Assembly (NCBI GenBank): GCA_964291265.2
Contig: OZ219747.1
Location: forward strand, 4,096,001-4,160,000
Source: Alphaproteobacteria bacterium
Lineage (GTDB): Bacteria; Pseudomonadota; Alphaproteobacteria; SP197
Length of the DNA stretch: 64,000 nt
Reading direction: 5' to 3'
Part shown: positions 30,003 to 40,190 of the stretch, piece by piece
Layout of the letters: every line of letters starts with the position of its first letter
How positions within the stretch are numbered: the first letter of the stretch is position 1
The notes under the pieces: generated by a model
What the model was told of the DNA's origin: nothing
The model's database searches: none
The model's input: only the letters and a program-made list of their open reading frames with translations
Program-made: the position numbers and the translations under genes

Positions 30003-31013
30003 CACAATTCCGACGCACACTCATTCCGGCACTTTGACCGAACGACGTTGGTGGATGTATCCTGTTGTCTCGACGCAGGTGCTGACTTGAGCGCGTGCGC
30101 GGAGTGTGGCGCGACCCCGCTTCACGTGGCGACGGCAGCGAGCAGCAATCCGGAAGTGGTCGGGATGTTGCTCGACCAAGGCGCAGACCTGGAGGCGCAC
30201 GACGTGTATGGCCTGACCTCGCTTCACGTGGCGGCAGCAGCAAGCAGCGATCCAGACGAGGTCGGGATGTTGCTCGACCGGGGCGCGGACCTGGAAGTAC
30301 GCGGCGAGCGTGGCGCGACCCCGTTGCACGTGGCGGCGGCGGTGAGCAGCCATCCGGACGTGGTCGGGATGTTGCTCGACCGGGGCGCGGACCTGGAAGC
30401 GCGCAACGAGTTTGGCGCGACCCCGCTGCACGTGGCGGCGGCGGTGAGCAGCCATCCGGACGTGGTCGGGATGTTGCTCGACTGGGGCGCGGACCTGGAA
30501 GTGCGCGGCGAGCGTGGCGCGACCCCGCTTCACAGGGCGGCGGAAGCGAGCAACAATCCAGACGTGGTCGGGCTGTTGCTCGACCGGGGTGCGGACTTGG
30601 AGGCGCGCGACGAGGATGGCTGGACCCCTCTTCACCTTGCAGCGGCGCACAGCGGCAATCTGGACGTGGTCGGGCTGTTGCTCGACAGGGGTGCGGACTT
30701 GGAAGCGCGCGGCGAGTACTATGCAACCCCGCTTCACAGGGCGGCGGCAGTGAGCAGCAATCCGGAAGTGGTCGGGCTGTTGCTCGACCGGGGTGCGGAC
30801 CTGGAGGCGCGCGACGAGGATGGCTGGACCCCGCTTCACTGGGCGGCGGCGGCAAGCAACAATCCGGACGTGGTCGGGCTGTTGCTCGACCGGGGAGCAA
30901 ATCACGAGGCTCGGACTTCGGATGGCTGGACTCCGTGGGACATGATTGAAGAGAATGACGATCTGAAGGGGAGCCAGGCCTACTGGCGTTTGAACGACCT
31001 GCGCTACGACTGA
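30003..31013 (+). CDS. Ankyrin-repeat protein, 5' end uncertain or disrupted by the IS
   Basis: Eight 34-aa repeats DLEAR...G.TPLH.AA...PDVVG.LLDRGA plus a capping repeat; the ORF-track start (29964) lies inside the IS. Confidence 0.9.
   Translation, partial: HNSDAHSFRHFDRTTLVDVSCCLDAGADLSACAECGATPLHVATAASSNPEVVGMLLDQGADLEAHDVYGLTSLHVAAAASSDPDEVGMLLDRGADLEVRGERGATPLHVAAAVSSHPDVVGMLLDRGADLEARNEFGATPLHVAAAVSSHPDVVGMLLDWGADLEVRGERGATPLHRAAEASNNPDVVGLLLDRGADLEARDEDGWTPLHLAAAHSGNLDVVGLLLDRGADLEARGEYYATPLHRAAAVSSNPEVVGLLLDRGADLEARDEDGWTPLHWAAAASNNPDVVGLLLDRGANHEARTSDGWTPWDMIEENDDLKGSQAYWRLNDLRYD
30084..30899 (+). repeat. 8 x 102-bp tandem repeat encoding ankyrin units
   Basis: Recurrent GTCGGG(A/C)TGTTGCTCGAC motif with 102-bp period. 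Confidence 0.9.
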
Positions 31014-31319
31014 TGCCGCCGGTCGGGACATAGCCCTGTTTGGGAACGATGGTGATCCGGTGGTGGATCGCGACGGCGGCAGGCGCGTTCTTCGCGGGCC
31101 GGCATCTTGACGCAGCGCACATGAAGCGGCGTCCTGGCGGCCTGCAACGCAACGCCAGATCGCGTTCGCTGCACGACTGTGCGAGGAACGCTTACATGAC
31201 AGTCCGCGAGGCATCGGACATCATCGACTGGCCCGAAGGCCAGCGACGTGCGACGAAAGCGCGAAGGCACGCCCGGAATGGGGAACGCTGCAAGCAGACA
31301 ACGGAGAATCATCGACGAC

Positions 31320-31490
31320 ACGTCATCCACGGAACTGACGACGCTCACCACGGCGGGAGCGGCGATGACTGGATCCGCAGGCGATATGAACGGCGGCGGT
31401 GACGAGCGCTTTCTCTTCCATGCCGAGAGCGGCCACGACACCTTGAAGGACTTTGGCCAAGGCTTCGAAATCGACACGATCGTCTTGTGG
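31320..31490 (+). pseudogene. Fragment of an RTX/hemolysin-type Ca-binding protein
   Basis: GGSGDDWI in one frame, then GGGDERFLFHAESGHDTLKDFGQG..DTIVL in another. Confidence 0.5.
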
Positions 31491-31726
31491 TCGTGGCTCG
31501 AGCCGAGGAACAAGGGACGTTTCCGGTTGCGGCGAGGGATATCGCGATGGTCGGCGAAGCGGACCGCCGCGTGCTCCGTCAGGGATCCCTGTCAGAAGCA
31601 CGTCACCGGACAAGGTTCCGCGGCCCGTTGCAGTCTCGGCAGACCATCTGCCCGGGACAACAGGATCGATGGATCGACAGCCCTGAGTGTCGGCGCTCTC
31701 GCCACTACCGGGCAGCGAACTCCACT

Positions 31727-32656
31727 TCAATGCTCCGCCATGCCGGCAAGGGTGGTCCGGGCCTCATCAAGCAGCCATCCCCTGAATGCCTGGATTGCCG
31801 CTTCTTCGGATCGCTTGCGGTGATTGACGACATAGGTCTGCGTCCCGGTGGGCAGATGAAGATCGAAGGGCTTCACGAGCAGTCCGGATCGCAGGTCGGC
31901 ATCCACCAGCAAAGGCGTCGTCAGAACCACCCCCTGGGCCTCCACGGCGGCCCGGAGAGCGTGGCTGTGAACCGTGAAGCGCAGGCCTCGCGTGGTGTCG
32001 ACGCTCCTGACACCGGCCGCATCGAACCACTCGTCCCAGGTTGGCCAGTACCCCTTGCCGGTGGGCCAATCGAGGTGAATCAGCGTGTGACGACCGAGAT
32101 CAGGTGGTTCGGTGATGGGATGCGCAGCGTGAAGAAGGGAGTGATGGCAGACCGCGAATGCTTCCTCGTCATCGAAGAGCTTCCAGGCGGCCAGCCCGGG
32201 ATAGTCGCCGCCACCCCATCTGACGCCGATGTCAAAGTTCTCGCGGTCGAAGTCGACGAGGCGGTCAGAAGCATCGATGAGGACATCGAGATGCGGACAG
32301 CGTTCGCGGAAACGGGCCAGCCGCGGCACCAGCCAGTTGCCGGCAAAGGTGGTTTCGGACGTGACCCGCAGAAGCGGCTCGGTCCGGGTGTCGCGCATGC
32401 GGCGAACGGCTTCGGCCACGTGGTCGAATCCCCGGCGCAGCTCCGCCATGCCGGCCAGTGCAGCCGCCGTCGGCCTGATCCCGCGCCCCTCGCGCTCGAG
32501 AAGGGTGACACCGAGGTCCTTCTCGAGAAGGCGGATCTGATGACTGACCGCCGCCGGCGTCACGTAGAGTTCGGCGGCAGCCCGGGTGAGGCTGAAGTGC
32601 CTGCCGGCGGCGTCGAGCGCGCGCAGGGCATTGAGCGAGGGCAGGCGTCTATTCAT
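31727..32656 (-). CDS. LysR-family regulator, GcvA-like
   Basis: RLPSLNALRAL..AGRH.S.TRAA.EL.VTPAAVSHQIR.LE; WLVPRLARF. Confidence 0.92.
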   Translation of the reverse strand: MNRRLPSLNALRALDAAGRHFSLTRAAAELYVTPAAVSHQIRLLEKDLGVTLLEREGRGIRPTAAALAGMAELRRGFDHVAEAVRRMRDTRTEPLLRVTSETTFAGNWLVPRLARFRERCPHLDVLIDASDRLVDFDRENFDIGVRWGGGDYPGLAAWKLFDDEEAFAVCHHSLLHAAHPITEPPDLGRHTLIHLDWPTGKGYWPTWDEWFDAAGVRSVDTTRGLRFTVHSHALRAAVEAQGVVLTTPLLVDADLRSGLLVKPFDLHLPTGTQTYVVNHRKRSEEAAIQAFRGWLLDEARTTLAGMAEH

Positions 32657-32751
32657 TGAGGTTTTCTTGAAGGTCAATGCAACACATCTCGATTGAACAT
32701 GGCCTGTTCCGACACAAGATCAAGATCAAACACCAAACCGGAGATCAAGAC

Positions 32752-32916
32752 ATGTTTGATCGCCTCCGCAAGTCCCTCGTGCGGCGCCGGACCATCGACG
32801 AGATCAGGCGTCTCGACCACCACCTGCTTCGGGATATCGGTCTCGACGGTCATGTCGACCCACCCGACCGGATCCTCCTCATGACACGGGGTCCTTTCGA
32901 CCGCTATGCTTCGTGA
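32752..32916 (+). CDS. Small DUF1127 (YjiS-like) protein
   Basis: RRRTIDEIRRLDHHLLRDIGL; GGAGA RBS; divergent from the LysR gene. Confidence 0.7.
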   Translation: MFDRLRKSLVRRRTIDEIRRLDHHLLRDIGLDGHVDPPDRILLMTRGPFDRYAS

Positions 32917-33967
32917 CATGGCGGTCGCCACCGGCCAGGCATCGACGCCTCTTCGACGCATCGACAGGGTGTGGGCGGCAACCGCCCTCATCCTGCTCGT
33001 CGTCCTTGCCCTCGACGGGGAACTCTTCCTTGCATCGCTGGAATTCCTTGCCACCAGCTGGCTCTGGACCCTGCCCTTCGTCCTCGTCTCCGCGGTGCTG
33101 GCGGCATCAATTGCCGCCACGGCCCTCGACCGCCCCCTTGGCGAATCCCTGCGGCGGCGTGCCGTGCAAGCCGTGCTCATCGCTGGTGTCCTGGGCGCCC
33201 TGTCACCCTTCTGCTCTGTCAGCGTGGTGCCTCTGGTGGCGGGGCTGCTTGCTGCGGGCGTGCCACTGGCACCCGTCATGGCCTTCTGGGTGGGTTCGCC
33301 GCTGATCGATCCGGAGATGTTTGTTCTCACCGCCGGGATCATCGACCTCCCGTTCGCGCTCGTGCGCACAGGCACGGCGATCGTCTCTGGACTCCTCGCC
33401 GGTTTTGCGACGCTCGCGCTCGCCCGCCTTGCCTGGGTCAAGTCCCCTCTCAAGCCCCGCGTCCCCTTCGCCGATCTGGGCACGGTCTATGGCACGGGAT
33501 GCGATCTCGTCACCGCCAGACCCGTCATGCTGGCCTTCTGGCGCGACCCCGAGAGGTGGAGCCGCTTCGTCGGTCAGTCCCGCGCCATCGGTCTCTTCAT
33601 GGTGAAGTGGCTGACCCTCGCCTTCGTCATCGAAAGCCTGCTTCTCGCCTGGGTGCCGCCCGACACCGCTGCCGATGTTCTCGGGTCGGGCGCCTGGTGG
33701 ACGGTTCCGGCAGCGGCGTTCATCGGCATGCCGACGTACCTTCACGGCTATGCTGCGGTGCCGGTCATCGACGGACTGCTGCAGCTGGGCATGGACCAGG
33801 GAGCGGCGATCGCCTTTCTCATCGGCGGCGAGATCACGAGCATTCCCACGGCCATGGCCGTCTATGTCGTCGTTCGCCACAAGGTCTTCGCACTCTACCT
33901 CGGGCTGGGTCTTGTCGCCGCCATCCTCATGGGCTGGTGCGTTCAGGCCCTGACCGGGCTCGTCTGA
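32906..33967 (+). CDS. DUF318/ArsP-type permease
   Basis: SPFCSVSVVP, MAFWVGSPLIDP, G.PTYL, AIAFLIGG.ITSIP. Confidence 0.8.
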   Translation: MLRDMAVATGQASTPLRRIDRVWAATALILLVVLALDGELFLASLEFLATSWLWTLPFVLVSAVLAASIAATALDRPLGESLRRRAVQAVLIAGVLGALSPFCSVSVVPLVAGLLAAGVPLAPVMAFWVGSPLIDPEMFVLTAGIIDLPFALVRTGTAIVSGLLAGFATLALARLAWVKSPLKPRVPFADLGTVYGTGCDLVTARPVMLAFWRDPERWSRFVGQSRAIGLFMVKWLTLAFVIESLLLAWVPPDTAADVLGSGAWWTVPAAAFIGMPTYLHGYAAVPVIDGLLQLGMDQGAAIAFLIGGEITSIPTAMAVYVVVRHKVFALYLGLGLVAAILMGWCVQALTGLV

Positions 33968-33970
33968 CCG

Positions 33971-34555
33971 TCAGGCACGACGGCGCAGAAAGAAGGCATC
34001 GACCGAGAGTGGTCCCGCACCCTTGGTCAGTGGAATGAGAAGCAGCAGAATCCACAGGGCGCGCTGATCGAGAATCTTCGCGTCGGGAACATTGTCGAAC
34101 CAGGCTCCGATGGTCGCCGCCCCGGCGCCGTGGCCGGCCACATCCACGATGCTCATGACGACAATGAAGCCGATCATCGCGAGAGCGGCGGAGCGCGTGA
34201 AGAGGCCGATGATGATGAACAGGGGCAGCAGGAATTCCGCCCACGTACCCGCCACCACAACGAACCAGGAGATCACGCCGAGTCGCGAGGCGTCATAGCC
34301 AACGGCCTCGATCTGGGCCGGTAGGATCTGGGCATAGGCACCCGTCGATGGTGAGACGATGCCCAGGATACCCTCGCCGAGCTTCGTCGTGGCCGATGTC
34401 CAGAAGAAGACTGCCAGCGTGGCCAGAAAAACCAGACGCGCCAGGGTGGTGAGAACTGCGCCGCCGAGCAGGTCGCCCAGCGGAACCATGATCCGGTTCT
34501 CGAGAGAATGCAGAGGGTTCATGACGTAGTCCCCCGTTGCCTTGGCGGTGATCAT
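33971..34555 (-). CDS. DoxX-family membrane protein (BufD-like)
   Basis: LARLVF..FFWTSA.TK, GTWAEFLLP..IIIGLFTR.AAL, GAGPLSVD. Confidence 0.85.
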   Translation of the reverse strand: MITAKATGDYVMNPLHSLENRIMVPLGDLLGGAVLTTLARLVFLATLAVFFWTSATTKLGEGILGIVSPSTGAYAQILPAQIEAVGYDASRLGVISWFVVVAGTWAEFLLPLFIIIGLFTRSAALAMIGFIVVMSIVDVAGHGAGAATIGAWFDNVPDAKILDQRALWILLLLIPLTKGAGPLSVDAFFLRRRA

Positions 34556-34612
34556 ACTACGTCTTCAGCGGGCAGTGCGCCACCACGTGCCTGCTCTCGG
34601 GTCCGGTGCCTT

Positions 34613-35371
34613 TCAACCACACGAATTGGCCAGGGGAGGAACGATCTCGCGGACGGCGCAGGCATCGAGGATGACGGTAAGACTGGCGGCGAGGTCGACG
34701 CCATGGCACGTGTGTACGGCGTCCCCCAGGGAATCGCCTCTCAGGAGGTTCTCCAGGAAGCCGGCGCTTCCCGGAGGCAGCCTGTGAAGCAGAACGCGGT
34801 CACCGGGACGTGACACCAGGATGTCTTCGGAGCGGGCCGCAACCGGAGACGTGTCTTCCGTCGTGTTGTGGCGCCAGATCGACCACAAGGGGTGGCACGA
34901 ACGCACGATGACCGTCGACGCCCTGAATCCCAGGCGGGTTCCAAGCAGCAATTCCTCGTCGAGACCAGCGAGACAGCCGGGATCGGCGATATCGTCATCC
35001 GCTGCGTGAAAGGACCGCCGGCGTGCCACCTCGAGTCGCGCCAGGTCGCCCAGGTAGGGCAGCCCGTCGGCCGGTTCGAAGCCGTCGATGAAATCGGGAA
35101 AGCAGTCACCGTAGTCGACCACGCAGGGGGTTTCCGGAGGATGGGCGCGGACAAACTCGACCGCCATGGCCCGAAAGAACGCCCCGCCGACAATGGTGCG
35201 GGTCACGCTGAAGGAATCGTCCAGCACATCGATGAGGGAAGCGACGATGTTGTTGCGGTAGATATCGAAGCGTCGCGTGGCCGGTGCGCCATCGGGGCCA
35301 AGCAACCCTTCCGGGACCCGTGCCGAGGGGTCGAGAAGCGCCTCGGCGAACACGCTCTGGCTGTCAGGCAT
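34613..35371 (-). CDS. DUF2063-type partner protein of the DUF692 enzyme (BufC-like)
   Basis: Q..FAEALLDP, RFDIYRNN, VG..FFRAMA..FVRAHPP, YG..FPDFI, PYL.DLARLE. Confidence 0.85.
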   Translation of the reverse strand: MPDSQSVFAEALLDPSARVPEGLLGPDGAPATRRFDIYRNNIVASLIDVLDDSFSVTRTIVGGAFFRAMAVEFVRAHPPETPCVVDYGDCFPDFIDGFEPADGLPYLGDLARLEVARRRSFHAADDDIADPGCLAGLDEELLLGTRLGFRASTVIVRSCHPLWSIWRHNTTEDTSPVAARSEDILVSRPGDRVLLHRLPPGSAGFLENLLRGDSLGDAVHTCHGVDLAASLTVILDACAVREIVPPLANSCG

Positions 35372-36239
35372 GTCGACGCGCCGTTTCGAGAATGGCTCCG
35401 GCGCGGCTGGCTTCGGCAACCAATGAGGACCATGGTGGAACGTCGTTGTCCCACTCGATGAGCGTCGGCAGGGGGCCGGCACGCTCGCAGACATCGCGAT
35501 AGAGCGCCAGAACCTCGCCGGTCACCGTTGCACCATGGGAATCGATGAGCAACCGCGAACCATCGTCATCCCGGTCTTCATGGTGCCCGGCAAGGTGGAT
35601 CTCCGCAGCGGCGGAAAGCGGGAAGGATTCGAGCCAGTCGCGCGCATCGAATCGCAGATTGACCGCCGAGACATGGACATTGTTGAGATCGAGGAGCAGC
35701 CCGCACCCGGTGCGCCTGACCAGCTCGCCCAGGAATGCGGTTTCCTCCAAGGTGCTGCAGGCAAAGGCAAGGTAGTTCGCCGGGTTCTCGATGAGGATCC
35801 GCCGGCCGAGACACTCCTGCACCTCGTCGACGTGATCACACACCCTGCCGAGAGTGGTCTCGTCGTATGCTACCGGAAGAAGGTCGTTGAAACAGCGAGG
35901 GCCGTGGCGCGACCAGGCTAGGTGTTCCGATACCATGGCCGGTGTGAACCGCTTCACGAGACGGGCGAGGCGTTCGAGATGCTCGCGGTCAAGCGGACCG
36001 CTGGAGCCGATGGAGAGACCCACTCCGTGGCAGGACATGGCGAAACGTTCGGCAACGCATCGCAGCGCGGCCACCCTCGGGCCGCCATCGACCATGTAAT
36101 TTTCCGCGTGGACTTCCAGCCACGTCACCGGTCCAGGCGCCGCCAGAAGGTCCTCGAGGTGCCGCAGCTTGAAGCCGACGCCGACGTCTGGCGGCAGGGC
36201 CGGCATTGTCACGGGTACCCGGGAATCGACCCCGGCCAT
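35364..36239 (-). CDS. DUF692 multinuclear non-heme iron oxidase (BufB-like)
   Basis: WLEVHAENYM, HGVGLSIG, SEHLAWS, IENPANY, LLDLNN, EIHLAGH, IDSHG, IEWDND. Confidence 0.92.
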   Translation of the reverse strand: MAGVDSRVPVTMPALPPDVGVGFKLRHLEDLLAAPGPVTWLEVHAENYMVDGGPRVAALRCVAERFAMSCHGVGLSIGSSGPLDREHLERLARLVKRFTPAMVSEHLAWSRHGPRCFNDLLPVAYDETTLGRVCDHVDEVQECLGRRILIENPANYLAFACSTLEETAFLGELVRRTGCGLLLDLNNVHVSAVNLRFDARDWLESFPLSAAAEIHLAGHHEDRDDDGSRLLIDSHGATVTGEVLALYRDVCERAGPLPTLIEWDNDVPPWSSLVAEASRAGAILETARRHA

Positions 36240-36261
36240 CTGGCCGGGGTCGTCGCCGAAC

Positions 36262-36552
36262 TTATCCGGGCAGGTCGCGATCGAGTGCTTCGAGAGACCC
36301 GTTGCGATCGCCGGGAAGCTCCATGGTCAGGCAGGTTCCCTCGGGAACCAGCGACCAGGCATTGCCCTGATAGTCGACCGTGGAGGTACCTGCACAGGTG
36401 GTGCCTTCACCAGCCGCACAGTCGTTCTCGCCGGCCAGGGCCACGCCGTAACACTTCTCCTCCGCCGCCTGCACGGTCCCGGTGGTGTGGGCCGAAAGTG
36501 CGGCGGCGACGGCGCCCGCCACGGCAAGGCCCATGAACTTGCTTTGTGTCAT
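36262..36552 (-). CDS. DUF2282 secreted Cys-rich precursor peptide (bufferin BufA1-like)
   Basis: Signal peptide, then [43 protein letters not shown]; GGAGA RBS. Confidence 0.88.
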   Translation of the reverse strand: MTQSKFMGLAVAGAVAAALSAHTTGTVQAAEEKCYGVALAGENDCAAGEGTTCAGTSTVDYQGNAWSLVPEGTCLTMELPGDRNGSLEALDRDLPG

Positions 36553-36628
36553 GTCTGAATCTCCAAGGTCTGGACTGGGACAATGATAGGCCAAGGGCAG
36601 GCGCCTGTCAGCCCGATTTTCCAGCCTC

Positions 36629-37411
36629 CTACTCGGCAGCCCGTTCGACTGCAGCCACTTCCCTCGCCTGGAAGATGCAGAAGATCTTGCGGACGGTTCC
36701 GATGCTGTCCCACTGGTAGATGGCGCCCTTGGGAACCATGAACGTATCGCCCGCAGAGTAGGTCTCGGCACGGCCGGAACCATCGGTGATCGTCACCTCT
36801 CCCTCCAGGATGTGCATGAGTTCGTTTCTTGGAAACGGTGCCGGTTTCGTATGCATCTCGCTGGTCTGCCAGACTCCGCAGACCATCTGGCGGGTGGCAT
36901 CCTCGAACAGGATCCGGATTCCCTGTTCCGGCACGCCGCCGACATAGCGTGACGTGTTCTGCTCGCCGACCGGCTCGAGGGCCGTGCCGGGATCGATGCG
37001 TCGCGCCACCAATTCCGCCGCTTCGAGCTCCTCGCCCGAATCGTCCTCGAAGATGACCCAGTACTTGAGGACATCCCCGGTCTGCTTCCAGGAGAGCGGC
37101 GTCCCCTTGGGGATGACAAAGCCCTCCCCGGCACCGAATGTCTCTTCTTCCCCGTTCGCGTACTCGAGGGTGATCGCGCCATCGAGGACCAGCATGAACT
37201 CGTTGACGTCGTAGGGACCCGGCTTCGCCACCATGGGCGTACAGTGCCAGACCCCCGAGGTCAGCTGGCCCGTGTCGTCACTGTGGTAGACATGGCCGGA
37301 CTGCACGGGATCTCCGGACACGAGAGAGTCCTTGGGAATCGGGTCCCACGGTTGAAGACCGGAATCTTCGGGGCCCCGGTTGCTGTAACGGATGGATTTC
37401 AGATCGCTCAT
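36629..37411 (-). CDS. Tandem cupin (Cupin_3/DUF861-like) protein
   Basis: Two repeats of G.W....NE.M..L.G..T...G..ETf.AG..F..PKG....W. Confidence 0.85.
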   Translation of the reverse strand: MSDLKSIRYSNRGPEDSGLQPWDPIPKDSLVSGDPVQSGHVYHSDDTGQLTSGVWHCTPMVAKPGPYDVNEFMLVLDGAITLEYANGEEETFGAGEGFVIPKGTPLSWKQTGDVLKYWVIFEDDSGEELEAAELVARRIDPGTALEPVGEQNTSRYVGGVPEQGIRILFEDATRQMVCGVWQTSEMHTKPAPFPRNELMHILEGEVTITDGSGRAETYSAGDTFMVPKGAIYQWDSIGTVRKIFCIFQAREVAAVERAAE

Positions 37412-38976
37412 GGACGGTGTTCTCCTTGCGGTGCCGTGACGGTGACGGGACGAAACGACAGCAGCCCGTCCCTGTCAATCTGTGCCGGGAGGCTCTTCTC
37501 CCAGGCAATGTAGCGACGCTTTGCGCCATCGGGATCGCCGAGAGTTCCGAACGGCGCCTCGCCCTGGTCATCCATGGTGCACAACGCACCCTCGTGGCCT
37601 GACGCCACCGGCAGTCCGTCGGCGATCCAGGCCTCGAGACCACCCTCCAGGACACGGGCCTCGATGCCGAGACCGGCTAGGTCCGCAACGGCGAGGGCCG
37701 CCAGGTGCCCCCCCTCGTCATCGAGCACCGCGAGCCCGCGATCCGCTGCCGGTGCACACGCTGCAAGCCTGGAACGCAAGGCCCAGAAAGCCCCCGACGG
37801 ATGGCATGACATGTACTGCAGCGATAACGAGAGGTCGAGGATTGCCCATCCTCTGGCCGTCGCTTCGCCGGGGAGGACCATCGGTGCATCAGGCGAGGGC
37901 GACGCGACAGGCAACACATGGCCCGTGTCCAGCACATGAACGTCGCTGAAGCCCATCTGTTTCAGCCAGTGACCGGCAAACCTCGAACGGGTGCCGCAGT
38001 CATCGCCCAGTACGATGCGGGCGTCGCGTACGGCAATCCAGGAGTCGGTCTCCTGGACCAGCTGCGTTCCCTCGATGGCAGTCATGCCGGCAAGGACGCC
38101 CCGAGCGTGTTCCTCGGGCGAGCGGACGTCGAACCGGTAGAGGGTTCTCGATCCATCCCTGAGCCAGTCATCGAGTGTCGCATCATCGATCTCGCCAAGC
38201 CCGGTTGCCGATGCCATGTTCCGGCATGCCTCAAGCCCCCAGGCGCGTGATGATTCCGACTCGCCGCCTGGGCGCCGGCTGGCGCCGGATTCCAGGGAGT
38301 GGCCGGCCCACTCCCAGCCGATGGTGCCGTTTTCGAGGGCATGGACAGGATTGGCAAGGCCTGCATTCCTCAGTGTCTGGGCCCCGATGATCGAGCGGGT
38401 CCTTCCTGCGCAGTTGACGACGACCGCGGTCGACGGCGAGGGCGCTAGATCCGCGATGTGGCGGAGCAGTTCGCTGTTGGGACAGCTGAGCGCACCAGGG
38501 ATGGCGAAGTCGCGGTATTCGCTGAAGGGACGGCCATCGAGAACGATGATGTCTTCGCCAGCGGCGATCCGACGATGGACCTCGGCCGCATCCAGTGCCG
38601 GGGTGGCGCATGCGCTCTCGACGCATTCGCCGAAGGCCTTGGATGGAACGTTGGTGCCCTCGAAGACCTCGCCACCGGCCGCCCGCCAGGCTTCGATCCC
38701 ACCCTCGTGGACCACGATGTCACCGTAACCCATGGCGTGCAGCACACGCGCGGCGCATGGCGCCAGCCCGTCGCCGCCATCCGTCAGCGCAACGCAGGTG
38801 GCCTGGCGCGGGAGAAGGGTGGTGACGCCGAGTTCGAGACGCGACAGCGGGATGTTGCAGGCGGCAAGGACATGGCCACGGGAATAGGGACCCGACTCGC
38901 GCACATCGACCAGCGCGAACTCTCCACCGGCGATGATCCGTTCGCGAAGTGCACGGCTGTCGATGGATGCCGTCAC
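37408..38976 (-). CDS. Multi-domain rhodanese-like sulfurtransferase
   Basis: GTG start; DVRE...GH, VPSKAFGE, DGRP..EY, active-site NCAGRTRSIIG, DVRSPEE. Confidence 0.88.
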   Translation of the reverse strand: MTASIDSRALRERIIAGGEFALVDVRESGPYSRGHVLAACNIPLSRLELGVTTLLPRQATCVALTDGGDGLAPCAARVLHAMGYGDIVVHEGGIEAWRAAGGEVFEGTNVPSKAFGECVESACATPALDAAEVHRRIAAGEDIIVLDGRPFSEYRDFAIPGALSCPNSELLRHIADLAPSPSTAVVVNCAGRTRSIIGAQTLRNAGLANPVHALENGTIGWEWAGHSLESGASRRPGGESESSRAWGLEACRNMASATGLGEIDDATLDDWLRDGSRTLYRFDVRSPEEHARGVLAGMTAIEGTQLVQETDSWIAVRDARIVLGDDCGTRSRFAGHWLKQMGFSDVHVLDTGHVLPVASPSPDAPMVLPGEATARGWAILDLSLSLQYMSCHPSGAFWALRSRLAACAPAADRGLAVLDDEGGHLAALAVADLAGLGIEARVLEGGLEAWIADGLPVASGHEGALCTMDDQGEAPFGTLGDPDGAKRRYIAWEKSLPAQIDRDGLLSFRPVTVTAPQGEHRP

Positions 38977-38983
38977 GGTCGTT

Positions 38984-39535
38984 TCAGTCGAAACTGCGAT
39001 AGGAGCCGGTTTCCTGATCGAACATGAGCCGGCCCTTGAGGTGGGCAAATCCCAGCCCGTAGAGATGAAGGTGCATGTTGTGCACCCCCTCTTCCATGTG
39101 AATCGAGTGGAAGTCGTTCGGCATGAGACAGACACCGGTGCCGTTGCGGACCTCGACCTCCCGGGCGAGCCTGAGCGGCGCCTCGCCCGCCGGCCCGCCG
39201 TCCCCCTCCCAGATCCTGTTGAGCTCCACGCCCTGGATGCCGACCACGACGGCCCATGTCGTGTGGTTGTGGGGAGGTGTCCAGACATGCTTGTTGGCGA
39301 CCTCGATGTAGAGCTCGTGGCGCCCGTCATCGTCACGCGACAGAACGTCAAAGACCTCGCCGCCGCCATCCGCCGGAATGGGGAAGTCCTGTTCCGCAAA
39401 GAGCTCACGGCGCTGCGCCAGGGCGATCATGTGATCGCGGATCGTCGACAGCGACTGGCGCGTAAGGCCGTCCTCGGCGCGCACCTTCTCGAGTGTATCG
39501 GCGATCGCCCGATCGCGTTCTTCCTTTCGGGACAT
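38984..39535 (-). CDS. Cysteine dioxygenase-like cupin
   Basis: PPHNHTTWAVVVG..G.E.N, DFHSI, HLHLYG. Confidence 0.8.
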   Translation of the reverse strand: MSRKEERDRAIADTLEKVRAEDGLTRQSLSTIRDHMIALAQRRELFAEQDFPIPADGGGEVFDVLSRDDDGRHELYIEVANKHVWTPPHNHTTWAVVVGIQGVELNRIWEGDGGPAGEAPLRLAREVEVRNGTGVCLMPNDFHSIHMEEGVHNMHLHLYGLGFAHLKGRLMFDQETGSYRSFD

Positions 39536-39866
39536 GGAACCTTCCGCTCCTCAAGTGGTGGAGACAGTATTCCCGCACAGCCTTCCCCTTGGCAACGCCC
39601 CGAGCTCCCAGACCGTTCCCTCGCACCTCCCTGCCAGGCCCGGCAGGTCAAGGACCGTGGCCGTTCGGCCGGCCTGAACAATCGGGCCGCGCCTGCGGCA
39701 CCGTCCCCGGCAACGGCCTGTTCAGGAGCCGCGCAGGCCTCATCAAGTTGCGGGAAGATTGGAGGACTCCTTGGTTGCAAGGGCTGCAGAATAGCGATTG
39801 CAGCCGCACCTGGCATGCAGGTGTGCACTCTCCATGATCCGATGACGTTTCCGGATTGAGTGCGCC

Positions 39867-40190
39867 GTGACCCCTGCAAATCGGACACATCAACAGCGCC
39901 TCAGCATTTCCCGTCACCGCAGGAGAAACGCTGCCGGCCGCGCCAGGCGAGTCGAAGTCACGGTGCCCGTTCAGGACGCACCCCGCGTCAAGGCAATCGT
40001 CGGCGCCCTGCGTTCGGACGGGGAGGACACCGAACTGCCTCGGCGAACCCTGCAACCGAGACTGGCCGGCGCCAGGGCGGCGACGGGCGCCGATGCTGGT
40101 CGCCTTCTTCCGCGCTTCGCCCTTGAACGACGCTGAGCTCACGATCGAGCGTGAACACGACAAGGGGACGTTCTGCCGATCTCGCCTGAT
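39867..40190 (+). pseudogene. Frameshifted antitoxin-like small gene
   Basis: RRVEVTVP..DAPRVKAIVGALR then, in another frame, LVAFFRASPLNDAELTIERE. Confidence 0.4.

Noticed and set aside
30084-30899. 102-bp repeats as a non-coding array
   Set aside because: They are fully explained by in-frame ankyrin units
37408-39408. 666-aa rhodanese ORF with a long N-terminal extension (likewise the 573-aa ORF 8705-10426)
   Set aside because: The extensions overlap real neighbouring genes; true starts are near 38976 and 9463
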